From assembly GCF_039654945.1 (NCBI RefSeq), contig NW_027361672.1:11222001-11286000 (forward strand): a stretch of DNA of 64,000 nt. Direction: 5' to 3'. Under the pieces are notes generated by a model. The model made no database searches. It saw only the letters and a list, made by a program, of their open reading frames with translations, and was not told the DNA's origin. Source of the stretch: Dendrobates tinctorius (lineage: Eukaryota). The number at the start of each line of letters is the position of its first letter. Position 1 is the first letter of the stretch. Positions 10,315 to 23,816 of this stretch are shown here, in pieces. The translations under genes were made by a program, and so were the position numbers.

Positions 10315-13300
10315 ATTGAAAATTGTCTTTCCGAGGTTATTGTCTTGTTGCAACAGGTGGCTGAGACTGTTCCAGTGAACAACGAGTCCTGCAGAAGGAG
10401 ATCAAGGCCCTCATGCAAAGACAACAGGTAGAACTCTCTGGCGGAGAAATTGGCAGCGTCAGAGTGAGTGATGCTTTTCCCATTGCAATACCCCCCAGAT
10501 GTGAAATGTTGGTTTGGTGTCGGGCAGCTATAGGTCTCAGAGGAAAGGATTACCAGGCATTGGTAGAGCCAGTATACTCTGATAGCAGGCCCACTGCCCT
10601 GACAGCCAGAGGGGTAGTTGATGTATGTAAAGGGAGAGTACCTGTATGCCTTTTGAATTGTGGGGAGGAGGAGGCCACAATACCTCGGTACGCCACAGTT
10701 GCTAAGCTGCTCACTGTCAGTAACAATGCAATGCAGGCAGCAGAGCCCTTGGTCTCATCCGACCAAGTGGAGGACAATGGCTCTGTAAAGCAGCTGGAGG
10801 AGTGGTGCCAGCAACTGCAGGTGGGGACTGACTCTACACCTTCATACCAGAAAAATGGGGTTTACAGGGTGACCCAGGAGAATGAGCGGGTATTCAGTAA
10901 ACACCCCCTAGATTTTGGGAAGGCAAAAGGGGTTCAACATCATATCCCCACTGGGAATCATCCACCCATAAAAGAAAGGTAGCGGCCTATACCCCCAACA
11001 CAATACCAATGTGCTAAAGGTATGTTGAGAGAGATGAAGGAAGCTGGGGTTATCAGAGACAGTTGTAGCCCATGGGCAGCTCCCATAGTTTTTGTAAAGA
11101 AAAAGGATGGTACCATGAGAATGTGTGTTGATTACAGGAAAATTAATAGCATTACACATAAAAATGCCTACCCATTACCTAGAATTGAGGAATCATTAGC
11201 TGCACTTAAAACTGCTAACTACTTTTCCACCTTGGATCTCACTAGTGGGTATTGGCAGGTTCCCGTGGCAGAGGCAGACAAGGAGAAAACAGCATTTACC
11301 ACCCCAATGGGTCTCTGTGAGTTCAACTATATGCCATTCGGGCTCTGCACCACCTCAGGAACATTTCAACGGCTAATGGAGTGCTGCCTGGGACACTCCT
11401 GTTGTACCTTGATGATGTCATTGTTTTCTCCAAGACTTATGAATACCATCTGGAACACCTGGCTGAGGTGTTTGAAGCCCTGTCCAACTTTGGCTTGAAG
11501 GTGAAGCCTTCCAAATGCCACCTCCTGAAGCCCAAGGAACAGTACCTCGGTCATGTGGTGAGTGCAGAAGGTGTGGCACCAGATCCGCACAAAGTCACAG
11601 TCATCCGGGACTGGCCGAAGCCCAGTAACCTCCTTGAAGTACGCCAATTCCTTGGACTGGTAGGCTACTACCGAAGATTCATCAAAGGCTTTACTGAAAT
11701 AGCCACCCCTATGCAAAATCTTCTGGTGGGACAGTCCAAGAAAGCCAAACAGAAAAGTTCCACCTTTGAATGGACTGAGGAGTTGGAGAGATCCTTCACT
11801 CGACTGAAGATGGCTCTCACAGGGGATGAAGTTCTGGCCTACCCAGATTATGACAAACCGTTTGTGTTGTATACTGATGCCAGCAACGTGGGACTAGGAG
11901 CAGTACTGTCACAGGTACAGAATGGAAAAGAAAGAGTGATCTCCTACGCCAGCAGGAAGCTTCGTCCCACTGAAAGGAACTCCGACAACTACAGTTCCTT
12001 CAAGCTGGCGTTCCTTGCCATAGTCTGGGCTGTGACTGAAAGATTCAAGCATTACCTAGCTTCAGCCAAGTTTACCATCTTCACAGACAACAACCCTTTG
12101 ACTCACTTGGAAACTGCAAAGCTAGGTGCACTGGAACAGCGATGGATGGCTCGGCTATCTAACTATGAATTCACCATCAAGTACCGAGCAGGGCACAAGA
12201 ATGCCAATGCTGATGCGCTGTCCAGAATGCCTAATCTGCCTGATGCCGGAGAAGACCCTGAGGCTCTCGAAGAGATAGAGTTACCTCCCTTCCACCGACC
12301 AATTGCTGCCCAACGTGCTCAAGGAGTGAGAAACAGACGGTCTAGCTTGAAAGAGGTCACCCTAAATCCATTGCCCCATCATGACTGGGCAGAAACGCAG
12401 GATAGTGACCACATGGTGAAGAAGCTACTGTCACAAGCTGACTCACGCCCAGAGTCGAATGCTCCTGAAGAAACCCAGCAGTTGTGGAAGGAAAGAGGCC
12501 GGCTGTTTATCTATGAAGGAAAGCTGTGTCGGAGGAGTATCAATGCCCGCACTCATGAGCTGGTCTGGCAAGTGGTAGTCCCAAAGAGAGAGGCATCAAT
12601 GGTCTTGGAAGCATACCACAATGGAGCTGGACACTTCGGATGGAAGAAGTTGGAAGCATTGCTCCGGGAGAGATTCTACTGGGCTGGTATGAGGAAAGCC
12701 ATTGAAAAGTGGTGCCGGGAGTGTGGACAATGTAACCTGCGCAGAAAGGATCGAAACAGCCAGAGAGCTCCTCTGCAGCCAATAGTAACCAAACAGCCAC
12801 TCGAGTTGGTCGCCCTTGACCATGTGTAGCTGGTCCCAAGCCGGTCCGGCTACATCTATGCTCTTACCATCGTGGACTACTACTCAAGATTCCTGGTAGT
12901 TGTGACTGTCAAAGATCAAACAGCCAGGACAGCAGCCAGAGCATTCCAACAGCACTTCTGTAGACCACATGGGTATCCTGAGCGAGTGATTACAGATCAA
13001 GGTCCCGCCTTTGAGGCAGAAGTGTTCCAGGAATTCTGTAACTTGTATGTTTGTAAGAAGATCCAGACAACACCATACCATCCACAGACCAATGGCATGT
13101 GTGAAAAGATGAACCAGGTAGTGATTGACCTATTGAAGACCTTGCCTTTGGAGGAGAGGAATCTGTGGCCAGAAAAGTTGCCAAATCTGGTAGACCTTTA
13201 CAATCACATCCCGTGAATTCCACCAACTGTACTCCAGCCTACCTAATGAGAGTGAGGCCTGGCAAGTTACCTATTGATTTGGACATGGGAGTCCTTACAC

Positions 13301-13912
13301 CTGAGGTGACAGCCCCAGATGCTGACTGGGATACAGAAAGGCAACAACAGTACCGTAGAGTACAAGAGTGTGTGAAAAAGAGTCTAGCTCAGGCAAGACA
13401 AAAACAAGAAAGACACTACAACCAACATGCACCTGCAGTTCCCTTGTCACCAGGAGAGCAAGTCCTCAAGAGGAAAAGAAGACTGCATAAATTATAAATT
13501 GGATGATCAATGGGAAGCTGAACCCTACACTATTTTACCCTCAAACTTTGACAATACCAAGGTGTGCCTTATTAGTAAAGATGGAGGAGAAACCTCAGCA
13601 GCAATATCAAGGGATCATCTGAAACTGTGCCCTGACCAGTTAAAAAAAGAATGGAAGAACAAAATAACATCCCACCCATAGAAGAAGAAAAGGTCAGCAC
13701 TATACTTGGAGAATTCCCTGCCAATTGGACTAAAGTAAATGATGCTACGGTGGTGCCAGTGTTGACATTTCCCCAACTGGTAGTACAAGAAGACGTGACT
13801 CAAGAGAACTCTGAAAATCAGGAAGTTCAGGTAGCAGATGCCATACCAGCAGTGGAGCCAGAGAACCCTCGGCCTGCCAGTGGTGAATCTGTCATACCCA
13901 TGGTGAGTCTAA

Positions 13913-14690
13913 GGCTACTTTCACACTTGATTTTTTTTGCAGCGCGTTTTTCCTGCAAAAAAAGCATTGAAAAAAGGCATACAAACGCATACAAATGCTG
14001 CGTTTTTTTCAAGCATTTTTATGAGCATGCATGAAAAAAACGCAGCGTTTTTATGCGTTTGTATGCGTTTTTAGTGCGTTTTTACCGCATTTGCGTTTTT
14101 TTACAACATTAGGTGGCCCCTCACACTAACCCAAACCATGACTTTACTAACCCTAACCCTGACCCTAACCCTTAACCAAACCATACCCTAACCATAACCC
14201 TAACCCTTAACCAAACCATACTAACCCTAACCCTTAACCAAACCCTACTAACCCTAACCCAAACCCTAACCCTAAACCCTAGCTAACCCTAACCCTAAAC
14301 CCCTTAACTAACCCTAACTCTAACCCAAACCCCTAAATTCCATTGTCTAACTAATGGTTAAAAAAAAACCACATGCGCAAAAAAACGCATACATAAGCAT
14401 GCCAATGCGCACATATGCGCACCCATAGACTTATAATGGGTGTCTTGCTGTAAAAAAACGCATTGCGCGCACATGCGTTTTTTTGAGGCAAGTCGGACGC
14501 CCAAAAAATGCAACAGGATGCATTTTGTGCGCCCGAGCGCATACCGCAAAAAAACGCATGCGCGGAAAAACGCATACAAACGCATGTGTATGCGCACATA
14601 AGCGCATCCCATGCAAAATATAGGGGAAAAAACGCATGCGTTTTTTAGCGTTAAAATCCAGAGCAAAAAAACGCAAGTGTGAAACCAGCC
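13913..14690. mobile_element. Harbinger-type MITE inserted in Gypsy 1 pol, with telomere-like core
   Basis: GGCTACTTTCACACTTG / CAAGTGTGAAACCAGCC termini; TAA TSD at 13910-13912 and 14691-14693. Confidence 0.9.
14125..14355. repeat. Degenerate (CCCTAA)n telomere-like array
   Basis: Repeated TAACCC and variants inside the MITE. Confidence 0.9.
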
Positions 14691-16509
14691 TAAGAGTTCG
14701 CAGGATACTACCCAGTTTACCCACACCAGAGTTACGTAGATCTACCCGTACTACACAAGGTATACCACCCATTAGATTCCGCATATAAATAAATTAAAGT
14801 AATGGTAACCTGTACATGTACATATGTAACTGTTTAAGTTTTGTCAAGCAAATGTCCTGAGTATTTTTTTCACCACCTCAATAATGATTATGAAAATCCC
14901 ATATCCACCACCAATAAATGGCAGAAAGAGAGCCATAGAATAAAATTCCAACAATGTTTATTACATAACAATTTTCACAAAATTCATATTTAACAAGGTA
15001 AGTACACATAAATTAGCGCCATGGGTACATATAAAGAAACACTGTGAGGACAAAATTGTATACAGGACTAATACCAATAATTTCTCAATGAGATTGGAAA
15101 AATTGAACAAAAAACTTCATAGCTATTAGGTTAGCACTAGAGATGAGCGACTTTGCCTTTTTTCGGGTCGAGTCGGGTTTCACGAAAACCGAATTTCACA
15201 AAAGTCGGGTCGAACGAAATCGGCCGATTATCGTAAAAAGCCGAAGGCCGACTGAAACACGAAACCCAATGCAAGTCAATGGGGAAGCAAAGTCGGCAGG
15301 GAGTTGAGGACAGGAAACACACCTACAGTGCCCTTTTGAATGCCAAAAACATCAATTCTTATTACTGAAGTATTTCAACCTTAATTTACTTCATAATACT
15401 AGTTACGCACTGAAAAATGGGGGTTATTTGGCTAAATTTGTGGGGGGGTAGGGCTGGCTCCAGGTTTTCATGTGCCCTGGGCCAAAGAGCGCCCCTTTAA
15501 CACATAGCACAACTCATGATGCTCCGATACGGCAGAGAAATAGCGGTATAGTACAATGAAAAATACTTCACTTTTTACATCTCATGACTGATATCCATTT
15601 TAAATTCTCCAATAGCTCCAAAAACGGACAGTATATTACTCCATACAGTATTATGGCCACCGCATAGTGCGCTATACAGAGTAATGAGGCCCATATATTT
15701 CTCCATACAGAATCCCATATAATGTTTGAAACAGTATATGATGAGCTCCACATAATGATACAGTATATGTTGGTCCCCATGGATGAAGCTGCACTGTCTC
15801 ATGGGCCCAAATAATGCTCCATATATAATGGGCCCCATTTCTAATGCTCTAGTGTATAATGGGCCCTGTAAATGCTGCTCCAGTGTCTGATGTCCACCTT
15901 TGGAATGCTCCAGTGTATGGTGGGCCCCATCTATCATTCTCCATAGTATAGTGCTCCCCAAAAATTGCTGTCCCAACATTGAAAACAATTAAATAAGTCT
16001 CCTCGCTAGGGAATCCCTGTACTAGTCTGGGCGTACAGACGTGATGTCATTGCGCTCTCTGATCAGAATATCACTGTCAGGAAATGCGGAAGACGTCATG
16101 GCAGTGGAGCAGGGAGAGGTAAGTATTTCAGCTTTGCAAGTGCTGTGATCCTGAGCAAGCAGGGGGGGCCCTCTCGTTGGCGACGGCACTGGCACAGGGC
16201 CCCTCATAGTACGGCGGTGTGTCTGACGGCGGGTGTGCACCCCCACCGTCAGAGACACTTGATTGCACTATGAGGGACCCTGTGCCAGTGCCTGCGCCCA
16301 AGAGTCGGCCCACCCACCTGTCCAGGGCAACGGCACTCGCATGGTTACGTGTGCTAGGTGGTGACCCCGGCCATGGGGGGAGGAGGCAGCCCAGTTAGGG
16401 AGGTTTACAAAATGGCATATGTTGATGTGGGACATTCACCTGCTGCGAAAGGTGAAATTGGTCAAGTCCCAGGAAGAGGAGGACCAAAGAAAGCTATTTT
16501 TCTGTCACC

Positions 16510-19500
16510 CTATGTGTCATCAGGGTAAGGTGTGACAAAATCCTTGGAAACCCATGCATGGTTCATTTTAATGAAGGTTAGATCATCCACATTTTGGGTC
16601 GAGAGACAGGTCCTTTTTTCTGTCAGGATTGATCCAGCAGCACTGAAGACTCTTTCCGATAGCACACTTGCAGCTGGGCAAGCGAGCTCCTGTAAGGCAT
16701 ATTGTGCCAATTCAGGCCAGGTGTCCAGTTTAGCGGCCCAATAGTCAAATGGGAATGACCTGTGAGGGAGAACATCGATATGGGACGAGAAGTAGATTGT
16801 AACCATAGTTGACAAGTGCTGTCTCCTGTCACTTTCAATTGATGCAGTATTACCAGTCGTGTGAGCGGGACTTGAAAAATCAGTCCACAACATGGTCATG
16901 AAACCCCTGTCTCCAACGCCACTTCTGATGTGTGCACCACCAACACCTCTTCCAAGCTGCCCCTGGCCCCTACGGCTCATGTGAGAACCATCACCGCTGC
17001 TGTGTGCTGGGAATGCCTCAACCAACCGGTTTACCAGAGTTGCTTGTTTGTTAGCCAATATTAGGTCAAGGTTCTCCTGTGGCATGATGTTTTAGAATTT
17101 GCCTTTATAGCGTGGATCCAGGATGCTGGACAACCAGTAGTCGTCATCGTTCATCATTTTGGCAATGCGGGGGTCCCTTTTTAGGATCTGCAAGGCATAA
17201 TCTGACATGTGGGCCAATGTTCCCGGTGTCAATGATGCACTGCGAGTGCTGGGTGGAGGAGCACTTTCTGGCAAATCCACATCCCTCCAGTCACGCACAA
17301 ACCCTGTACCAGACCTTGCCACGCCAACATTTTCTCTTGCCCCATGAGAAGCATCCTCCGCCCCTAAATAATCATCCCCATCATCATCCTCCTCCTCTTC
17401 CTCTTCTTCCTCCACCTCGTCCAGGAGAGTTCCCGGAGCAGATAATGGCTGTCATCAAGGCTTCCCTCCTCCTCTTCCTCATCATCCTCGGCTGCAGACG
17501 CCTGCTCCTTAATGTGCGTCAAAGTTTGCATGAGCAGACGCATAAGTGGGATGCTTATGGTTATGATGGCGTCGTCTGCGCTTACCAGCCGTGTGCATTC
17601 CTCAGAACACTGAAGGACTTTACAGAGGTCTTTCAGCTTCGACCACTGCACACCTGTCAACTCCATGTCTGCCCTCAAAGTGCCTGCCCATGTATCCTCC
17701 CACAAATGCATTACGGCCTGCCTCTGTTTGCACAGCCGCTCAACCATGTGCAGGGTGGAGTTCCACCTTGTTGCTACGTCGATAATTAGGTGGTGCTTGG
17801 AAAGGTGGAGCAATCGCTGCAGCTTCTGCATACGACTGGAGTGTACCGGCGACCGGCGGATGTGCGAGCACAGTCTTCGGACATTCTGGAGCAGGCCTGT
17901 TAACTCCGGATAATTATTGAGGAAGCACTGCACCACCAGGTTCAAGGTGTGAGCCAAGCAAGGTATGTGTCTGAGTTTTGAAAGGGCTATGGCTGCCACA
18001 AAATTCCGTCCGTTATCACTAACTACCTTGCCTGCCTCAAGATGTAGACTGCCCAGCCATGACTCAGTTTGTCGCTGAAAGTAGTCGGCCAGTACCTCTG
18101 CGGTGTGTCTGTCGCCCAAACACATCATCTTCAACACAGCCTGCTGACGCTTTCCATTAGCTGATCGATAGGGGGACACCTCGTGTGCAACACTGGCAGC
18201 TGCGGATGGAGTGCTCGTGCGACTGCGTTCTGTGGACGAGCTTTCGCTTCTGGAGTAGGAGGAGGAGGAGGGTCGAACGCCTACAGCCAACTGTTTCCTA
18301 TACCGTGGGCTAGGCAGCACTGTCCCACCACCGCTGTCCCCTGTGGACCCTGCATCCACCACATTAACCCAGTGCGCAGTGGTGGACACGTAACGGCCCT
18401 GGCCATGCCTACTGGACCGTGCACCTTTCCACTCACTGATTGCTTGAGTGCATGTAAAATGCGGTCTTTCACATGAAGGTGGAGGGCTGGGATGGCTTTG
18501 CGAGAAAAGAAGTGGCGACTGGGTAGGTCATAGCGTGGTACTGCGTAGGCCATGAGTTCTCGGAAAGCTGCGCTTTCAACCAACCGATAGGGCATCATCT
18601 CTAACGAGATTAGTTTGGCAATGTGGGCGTTCAAACCCAGTGTACGCAGATGATTGGATGAGTACTTTCTTGTCCTACTCATAGTCTCTGGTAGGGTGAG
18701 CTGGACTTGAGAGCTGCATATGGTCGAACTAGCAGTGGACATGGCGGACTGAGAGAGGGTTGATGATGGTGATGGAGTTGGTGTTCTTTCTGGTGGCCTA
18801 GATTCAATCTTTTGTTGCAATAACAGTGTGATTCCCTGACTGATTTGCCCTTGCGACGACAACTCATCATTTGCTGCTGGTGGTGTGCTAACCGGTGGGC
18901 TTACAGTGGGGGAAACAATGTAGTGTTGCTGACTACCTTCTTTGGGAGCAGTTGCACATGTGGTACGTGAGTTTTGGTAGTCCGTCCACGCTTGCAAGTG
19001 CATGGTGGTTAAATGTCTTAGCATGTAACTGGTATTCAAATTTCTCAGATTTTTCCCTCTGCTAAAGGTCTTTGCGCACTTCTTACATATAACCTTTGCC
19101 TGATCATTAGGATTTTGTTCAAAAAAGTGCCACACTGCACTCTTCCTACTATCCAAGACATTTTGAGGCCTTGCACGCTGTGCTATTTTGACCGCCTGGC
19201 CAAGCTGTCCTGCAACTCTTTTGGTTTTTGTAACCTGTTTTTGGACTGCTTCGGGCCTGCCAGATAACAGCTGTTGTGATGTTGATGCCCGCTGCGGATG
19301 CTCCTCCTCCTCTTCTGAGCTATTGGCAGCGGCACCCTCTTCCCCCAATGGATGCCAATCTGGGTCAACAACTGGGTCATCCATCACCTCCTCTTCAATG
19401 TCATGTGCACCTTCCTCTGTGTCACTGTGTATGGTTGTATAGTATGCGGGAAGGGGCACCTGAGTTTCATCAGGGTCAGATTCTGCCTCAGTACACTGCG

Positions 19501-20047
19501 AGGACAATGTAGTGCTCTGAGTGAATGTACCAGCAGAATCATCTATCAGTGGCTGTGCATCAGTGCACTCCATGTCAGATTCACCTTGGCCTGGGTAATT
19601 CACGATTTGACTTGATAACCCTGGCATGGTATGTGAAAACAGCTCCATGGAGTAATCTGTAGTGTGGCCTGCCGCTTCCTTCAATTTTGGTTGGGGTGAA
19701 GGACACAAGGAAACGTGTGGTTCATGACCATGAGCCTCCAATGACGACTCAGTGCTTTTATTTTTTAAAACTTCAGAAGAGGAGGCGATAGAGCTGGAGG
19801 CTGAGTCAGCAATGTAAGCCAAAACTTGTTCTTGAAGCTCCAGCTTTAAAAGCGGTTTACCTACTCCCAGAAAAGGGAGCCTTCGAGGCCTTGTGGAGCC
19901 AGTCGATGACGCAGGCTCAACACCTCCTGCATTAGGTGCTATTTTGCTTTTGCCACTACCAGCAGATCCACCACCAACACCAACACCATCATTACCAGCT
20001 GCCAACCCCCGCCCACTTCCACGGACTCTTCCACCACACTTCCTCAT
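16510..20047 (-). pseudogene. hAT transposase with BED zinc finger (ZBED4/6-like), broken into four ORFs
   Basis: SAVWHFF..VICKKC..MLRHLTTMH (BED finger); VSDNGRN, CLAHTLNLVV, DVATRWNST, LDPRYK; C-terminal WPELA..ACPAASVLSERVFSAAG dimerisation domain. Confidence 0.92.
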
Positions 20048-20109
20048 TTTTGGGGAAAATCTACCCAAAAAACCACCAACTATATGGCACTGTAAAACAA
20101 GGTACAAGG

Positions 20110-22135
20110 TGTATATAGGAGTGGGGAGAATTTGAATCTCTCTAGACTTCAGGACACAGTTGGATTCTGTCAGGCCCTGTTTATATTACACCGCAATGTG
20201 ACAGGCAGATTCTGGATGGTGTAAGAAAGGTGTATAGAGGACTGTGAAGAATTTGAATCTCTCTAGAGTTCAGAACATAGTTGGATTCTGTCAGGCCCTG
20301 TTTATATTACTCCGCAATGTGACAGGCAGATTCTGGATGGTGTAAGAAAGGTGTATAGAGTAATGTGGAGAATTGGAATCTCTCTAGACTTCAGGACACA
20401 GTTGGATTCTGTCAGGCCCTGTTTATATTACACCGCAATATGACAGGCAGATTCTGGATGGTGTAAGAAAGGTGTATAGAGGACTGGGGAGAATTGGAAT
20501 CTCTCTAGACTTCAGGACACAGTTGGATTCTGTCAGGCCCTGTTTATGTTACACCACAATGTGACAGGCAGATTTTGGATGGTGTAAGAAAGGTGTATAG
20601 AGGACTGTGGAGAATTGGAATCTCTCTAGACTTCAGGACACAGTTGGATTCTGTCAGGCCCTGTTTATATTACACCGCAATGTGACAGGCAGATTCTGGA
20701 TGGGGTAAGAAAGGTGTGTAGAGGACTGTGGAGAATTGGAATCTCTCTAGACTTCAGGACACAGTTGGATTCTGTCAGGCCCTGTTTATATTACACAGCA
20801 ATATGACAGGCAGATTCTGGATGGTGTAAGAAAGGTGTATAGAGGACTGGGGAGAATTGGAATCTCTCTAGACTTCAGGACACAGTTGGATTCTGTCAGG
20901 CCCTGTTTATATTACACCACAATGTGACAGGCAGATTCTGGATGGTATAAGAAAGGTGTATAGAGGACTGTGGAGAATTGGAATCTCTAGACCTCAGGAC
21001 ACAGTTGGATTCTGTCAGGCCCTGTTTATATTACACCGCAATGTGACAGGCAGATTCTGGATGGTGTAAGAAAGGTGTATAGAGGACTGTGGAGGATTTG
21101 AATCTCTCTAGACTTCGGGACACAGTTGGATTCTGTCAGGCCCTGTTTATGTTACACCACAATGTGACAGGCAGATTTTGGATGGTGTAAGAAAGGTGTA
21201 TAGAGGGCTGTGGAGAATTGGAATCTCTCTAGACTTCAGGACACAGTTGGATTCTGTCAGGCCCTGTTTATATTACACCGCAATGTGACAGGCAGATTCT
21301 GGATGGGGTAAGAAAGGTGTGTAGAGGACTGGGGAGAATTAGAATCTCTCTAGACTTCAGGACACAGTTGGATTCTGTCAGGCCCTGTTTATATTACACC
21401 GCAATGTGACAGGCAGATTCTGGATGGTATAAGAAAGGTGTATAGAGGACTGTGGAGAATTGGAATCTCTAGACCTCAGGACACAGTTGGATTCTGTCAG
21501 GCCCTGTTTATATTACACCGCAATGTGACAGGCAGATTCTGGATGGTATAAGAAAGGTGTATAGAGGACTGTGGAGAATTGGAATCTCTAGACCTCAGGA
21601 CACAGTTGGATTCTGTCAGGCCCTGTTTATATTACACCGCAATGTGACAGGCAGATTCTGGATGGTGTAAGAAAGGTGTATAGAGGACTGTGGAGGATTT
21701 GAATCTCTCTAGACTTCGGGACACAGTTGGATTCTGTCAGGCCCTGTTTATGTTACACCACAATGTGACAGGCAGATTTTGGATGGTGTAAGAAAGGTGT
21801 ATAGAGGGCTGTGGAGAATTGGAATCTCTCTAGACTTCAGGACACAGTTGGATTCTGTCAGGCCCTGTTTATATTACACCGCAATGTGACAGGCAGATTC
21901 TGGATGGGGTAATAAAGGTGTGTAGAGGACTGGGGAGAATTGGAATCTCTCTAGACTTCAGGACACAGTTGGATTCTGTCAGGCCCTGTTTATATTACAC
22001 CGCAATGTGACAGGCAGATTCTGGATGGTATAAGAAAGGTGTATAGAGGACTGTGGAGAATTGGAATCTCTAGACCTCAGGACACAGTTGGATTCTGTCA
22101 GGCCCTGTTTATATTACACCGCAATGTGACAGGCT
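20110..22135. repeat. ~120-bp tandem array (~17 copies) inside hAT, just upstream of the transposase
   Basis: Unit GAATCTCTCTAGACTTCAGGACACAGTTGGATTCTGTCAGGCCCTG...GGTGTATAGAGGACTGTGGAGAATTG; variant GACTTCGGGA recurs at 601 bp. Confidence 0.95.
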
Positions 22136-22203
22136 GAAATTGCCTAGTGTATGACAAACTACAATGTGTATATAGAATTGGGCAGATTTGGAATTTCCCT
22201 AGA

Positions 22204-22860
22204 GTGTAGGTCTGTAAGAACTGACAAACTCCTCTGCTTTTACTTACAGTCACACACTTAGATAGCTTCAATTTGGCCGTGATAACAGCCGTTACACGGT
22301 ACTGAGAGAGGAGCGTGCACGTACACCGCTGTACGGTGTATGTAAAATTGTCAAGCTCCGTGTTTTTGTATACAGACTGACACGCTGTCTCTCTCTAGTT
22401 TTGAATGTAATCAAACAGCAAATATACTAAACTGTTTGAAAAATGGACAAAACTATAAGGTGTAGGTCTGTAAGAATGGACAAACTCCTCGACTTTTCCT
22501 TACAGAGTCACACACGTAGATAGCTTCAATTTGGCCGTGATAACAGCCGTTATACGGTACTGAGAGAGAAGCGTGCACGTACACCGCTGTACGGTGTATG
22601 TAAAATTGTCAAGCTCCGTGTTTTTGTATACGGACTGACACACGCTGTCTCTCTCTAGTTTTGAATGTAATCAAACAGCAAATATACTAAACTGTTTGAA
22701 AAATGGACAAAACTATAAGGTGTAGGTCTGTAAGAACGGACAAACTCCTCGACTTTTACTTACAGAATCACACACGTAGATAGCTTCAATTTGGCCGTGA
22801 TAACAGCTGTTACACGGTACTGTGTGAGGAGCGTACACCGCTGTACGGTGTGTGAAAAAA
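22204..22860. repeat. ~260-bp tandem repeat, ~2.5 copies, inside hAT
   Basis: GTGTAGGTCTGTAAGAA at 22204, 22460 and 22720. Confidence 0.9.
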
Positions 22861-23779
22861 TGAATGCTCACTACCTCACCAGGACAAAACAATACAATTT
22901 GGATTGCTTTTAAAAAAGCAGTTTGAACACCAGTGTGCACACAGCAATGCAGCTAGCCTTAAAAGGCAGGCTAATCACCACCAGCGCTGCTGCACAAAAG
23001 CAAAAATCTTCACCTTTCACTGCACAGTAACTACAGTGAAAAGCGCTAGCAGCAGAAGCAGTTAATTTTCTTTTTGCCTTCCTAACGCTCTCCCTACAAA
23101 ATCAGCAGCTGCAGCAGCTCTCCCTATTCTGAGATCAGCATGAGTAACATGGCGGTCGGCGTCCCCGCCCTTTTATACCCCCTGTGACGCCACACAAAGC
23201 AAGCCAATCACTTGCATGCCCTTCTCCAAGATGGTGGTGACTGCTGCCTATGTCATCACGTTGCCCACAGTGTCCGTTCTTCCTGATTGGCTGAAAAAGG
23301 GCGCAAAAGCATCTTTTGAAACGTGACTTTGGCGCGATGGTCGCCGACCTCGTGGCCGACCTCACGCTAAGGTCGGGTTTCGTTTCATGAAACCCGACTT
23401 TGGCGAAAGTCGGCGACTTTTGAATTTTTTCGACCCGTTTCGCTCAACTCTAATTAGCACCACAAAATATCAGATGCATATTATCAAGAGATTGTTTCTG
23501 TGAATCCACACTAGATCTAAAACATTTTTTTCAACTGGTCCAATCTCCATATAATGAGAATTCATTGTATCCACAGCACTACAAGCTCTAGTACAAAAAA
23601 CAATGTTTCAGATCATGTGTATTTAATTGCTGTGATACAAAAGAAGCACATAATGCAAGTCCAGAAAGGTGAGGGGAATTTCCATTACTGCAATACACTT
23701 GCTAGCCACCACATTATAAGAAAAAGAAAAAGTCCTTCACTTACATGTGCAATGCCTCTTAGATAAGTGCCCACAGCCA

Positions 23780-23816
23780 CCCCTGACAGCGCCGTTTCGC
23801 CAGATAGGCTTCCTCC
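23780..23816 (-). ncRNA. Minimal type I hammerhead ribozyme motif, 5' core truncated or altered
   Basis: Minus strand GAGGAA-GCC-tatct-GGC-GAAAC-ggcgct-GTC-AGGGG. Confidence 0.6.

Larger units (their letters stand above)
9739..14787 (+). pseudogene. pol: Gypsy 1 pol (protease, RT, RNase H, integrase), multiple frameshifts and stops, interrupted by a MITE
   Basis: LLDTGSQ; SPWAAPIV, CVDYRK, YLDDVIVF; YTDAS; H..AGH/C..C zinc finger; TDQG..F and YHPQTNG; terminal ELRRSTR at ~14730. Confidence 0.9.
15138..23452 (-). mobile_element. Full-length hAT (Ac-like) DNA transposon
   Basis: TIRs TAGAGATGAGCGA / TCGCTCAACTCTA; 8-bp TSD GTTAGCAC (15130-15137) / ATTAGCAC (23453-23460); TCGG/CCGA-rich subterminal repeats; transposase inside. 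Confidence 0.95.

Noticed and set aside
14125-14355. True telomere or chromosome fusion site
   Set aside because: Short, degenerate, in a single orientation and enclosed by MITE TIRs.
16510-20107. Domesticated ZBED host gene
   Set aside because: Frameshifted and flanked by TIRs with an 8-bp TSD.
20110-22135. CRISPR-like regular array
   Set aside because: Units are similar along their whole length with no unique spacers; eukaryotic TE context; no cas genes.
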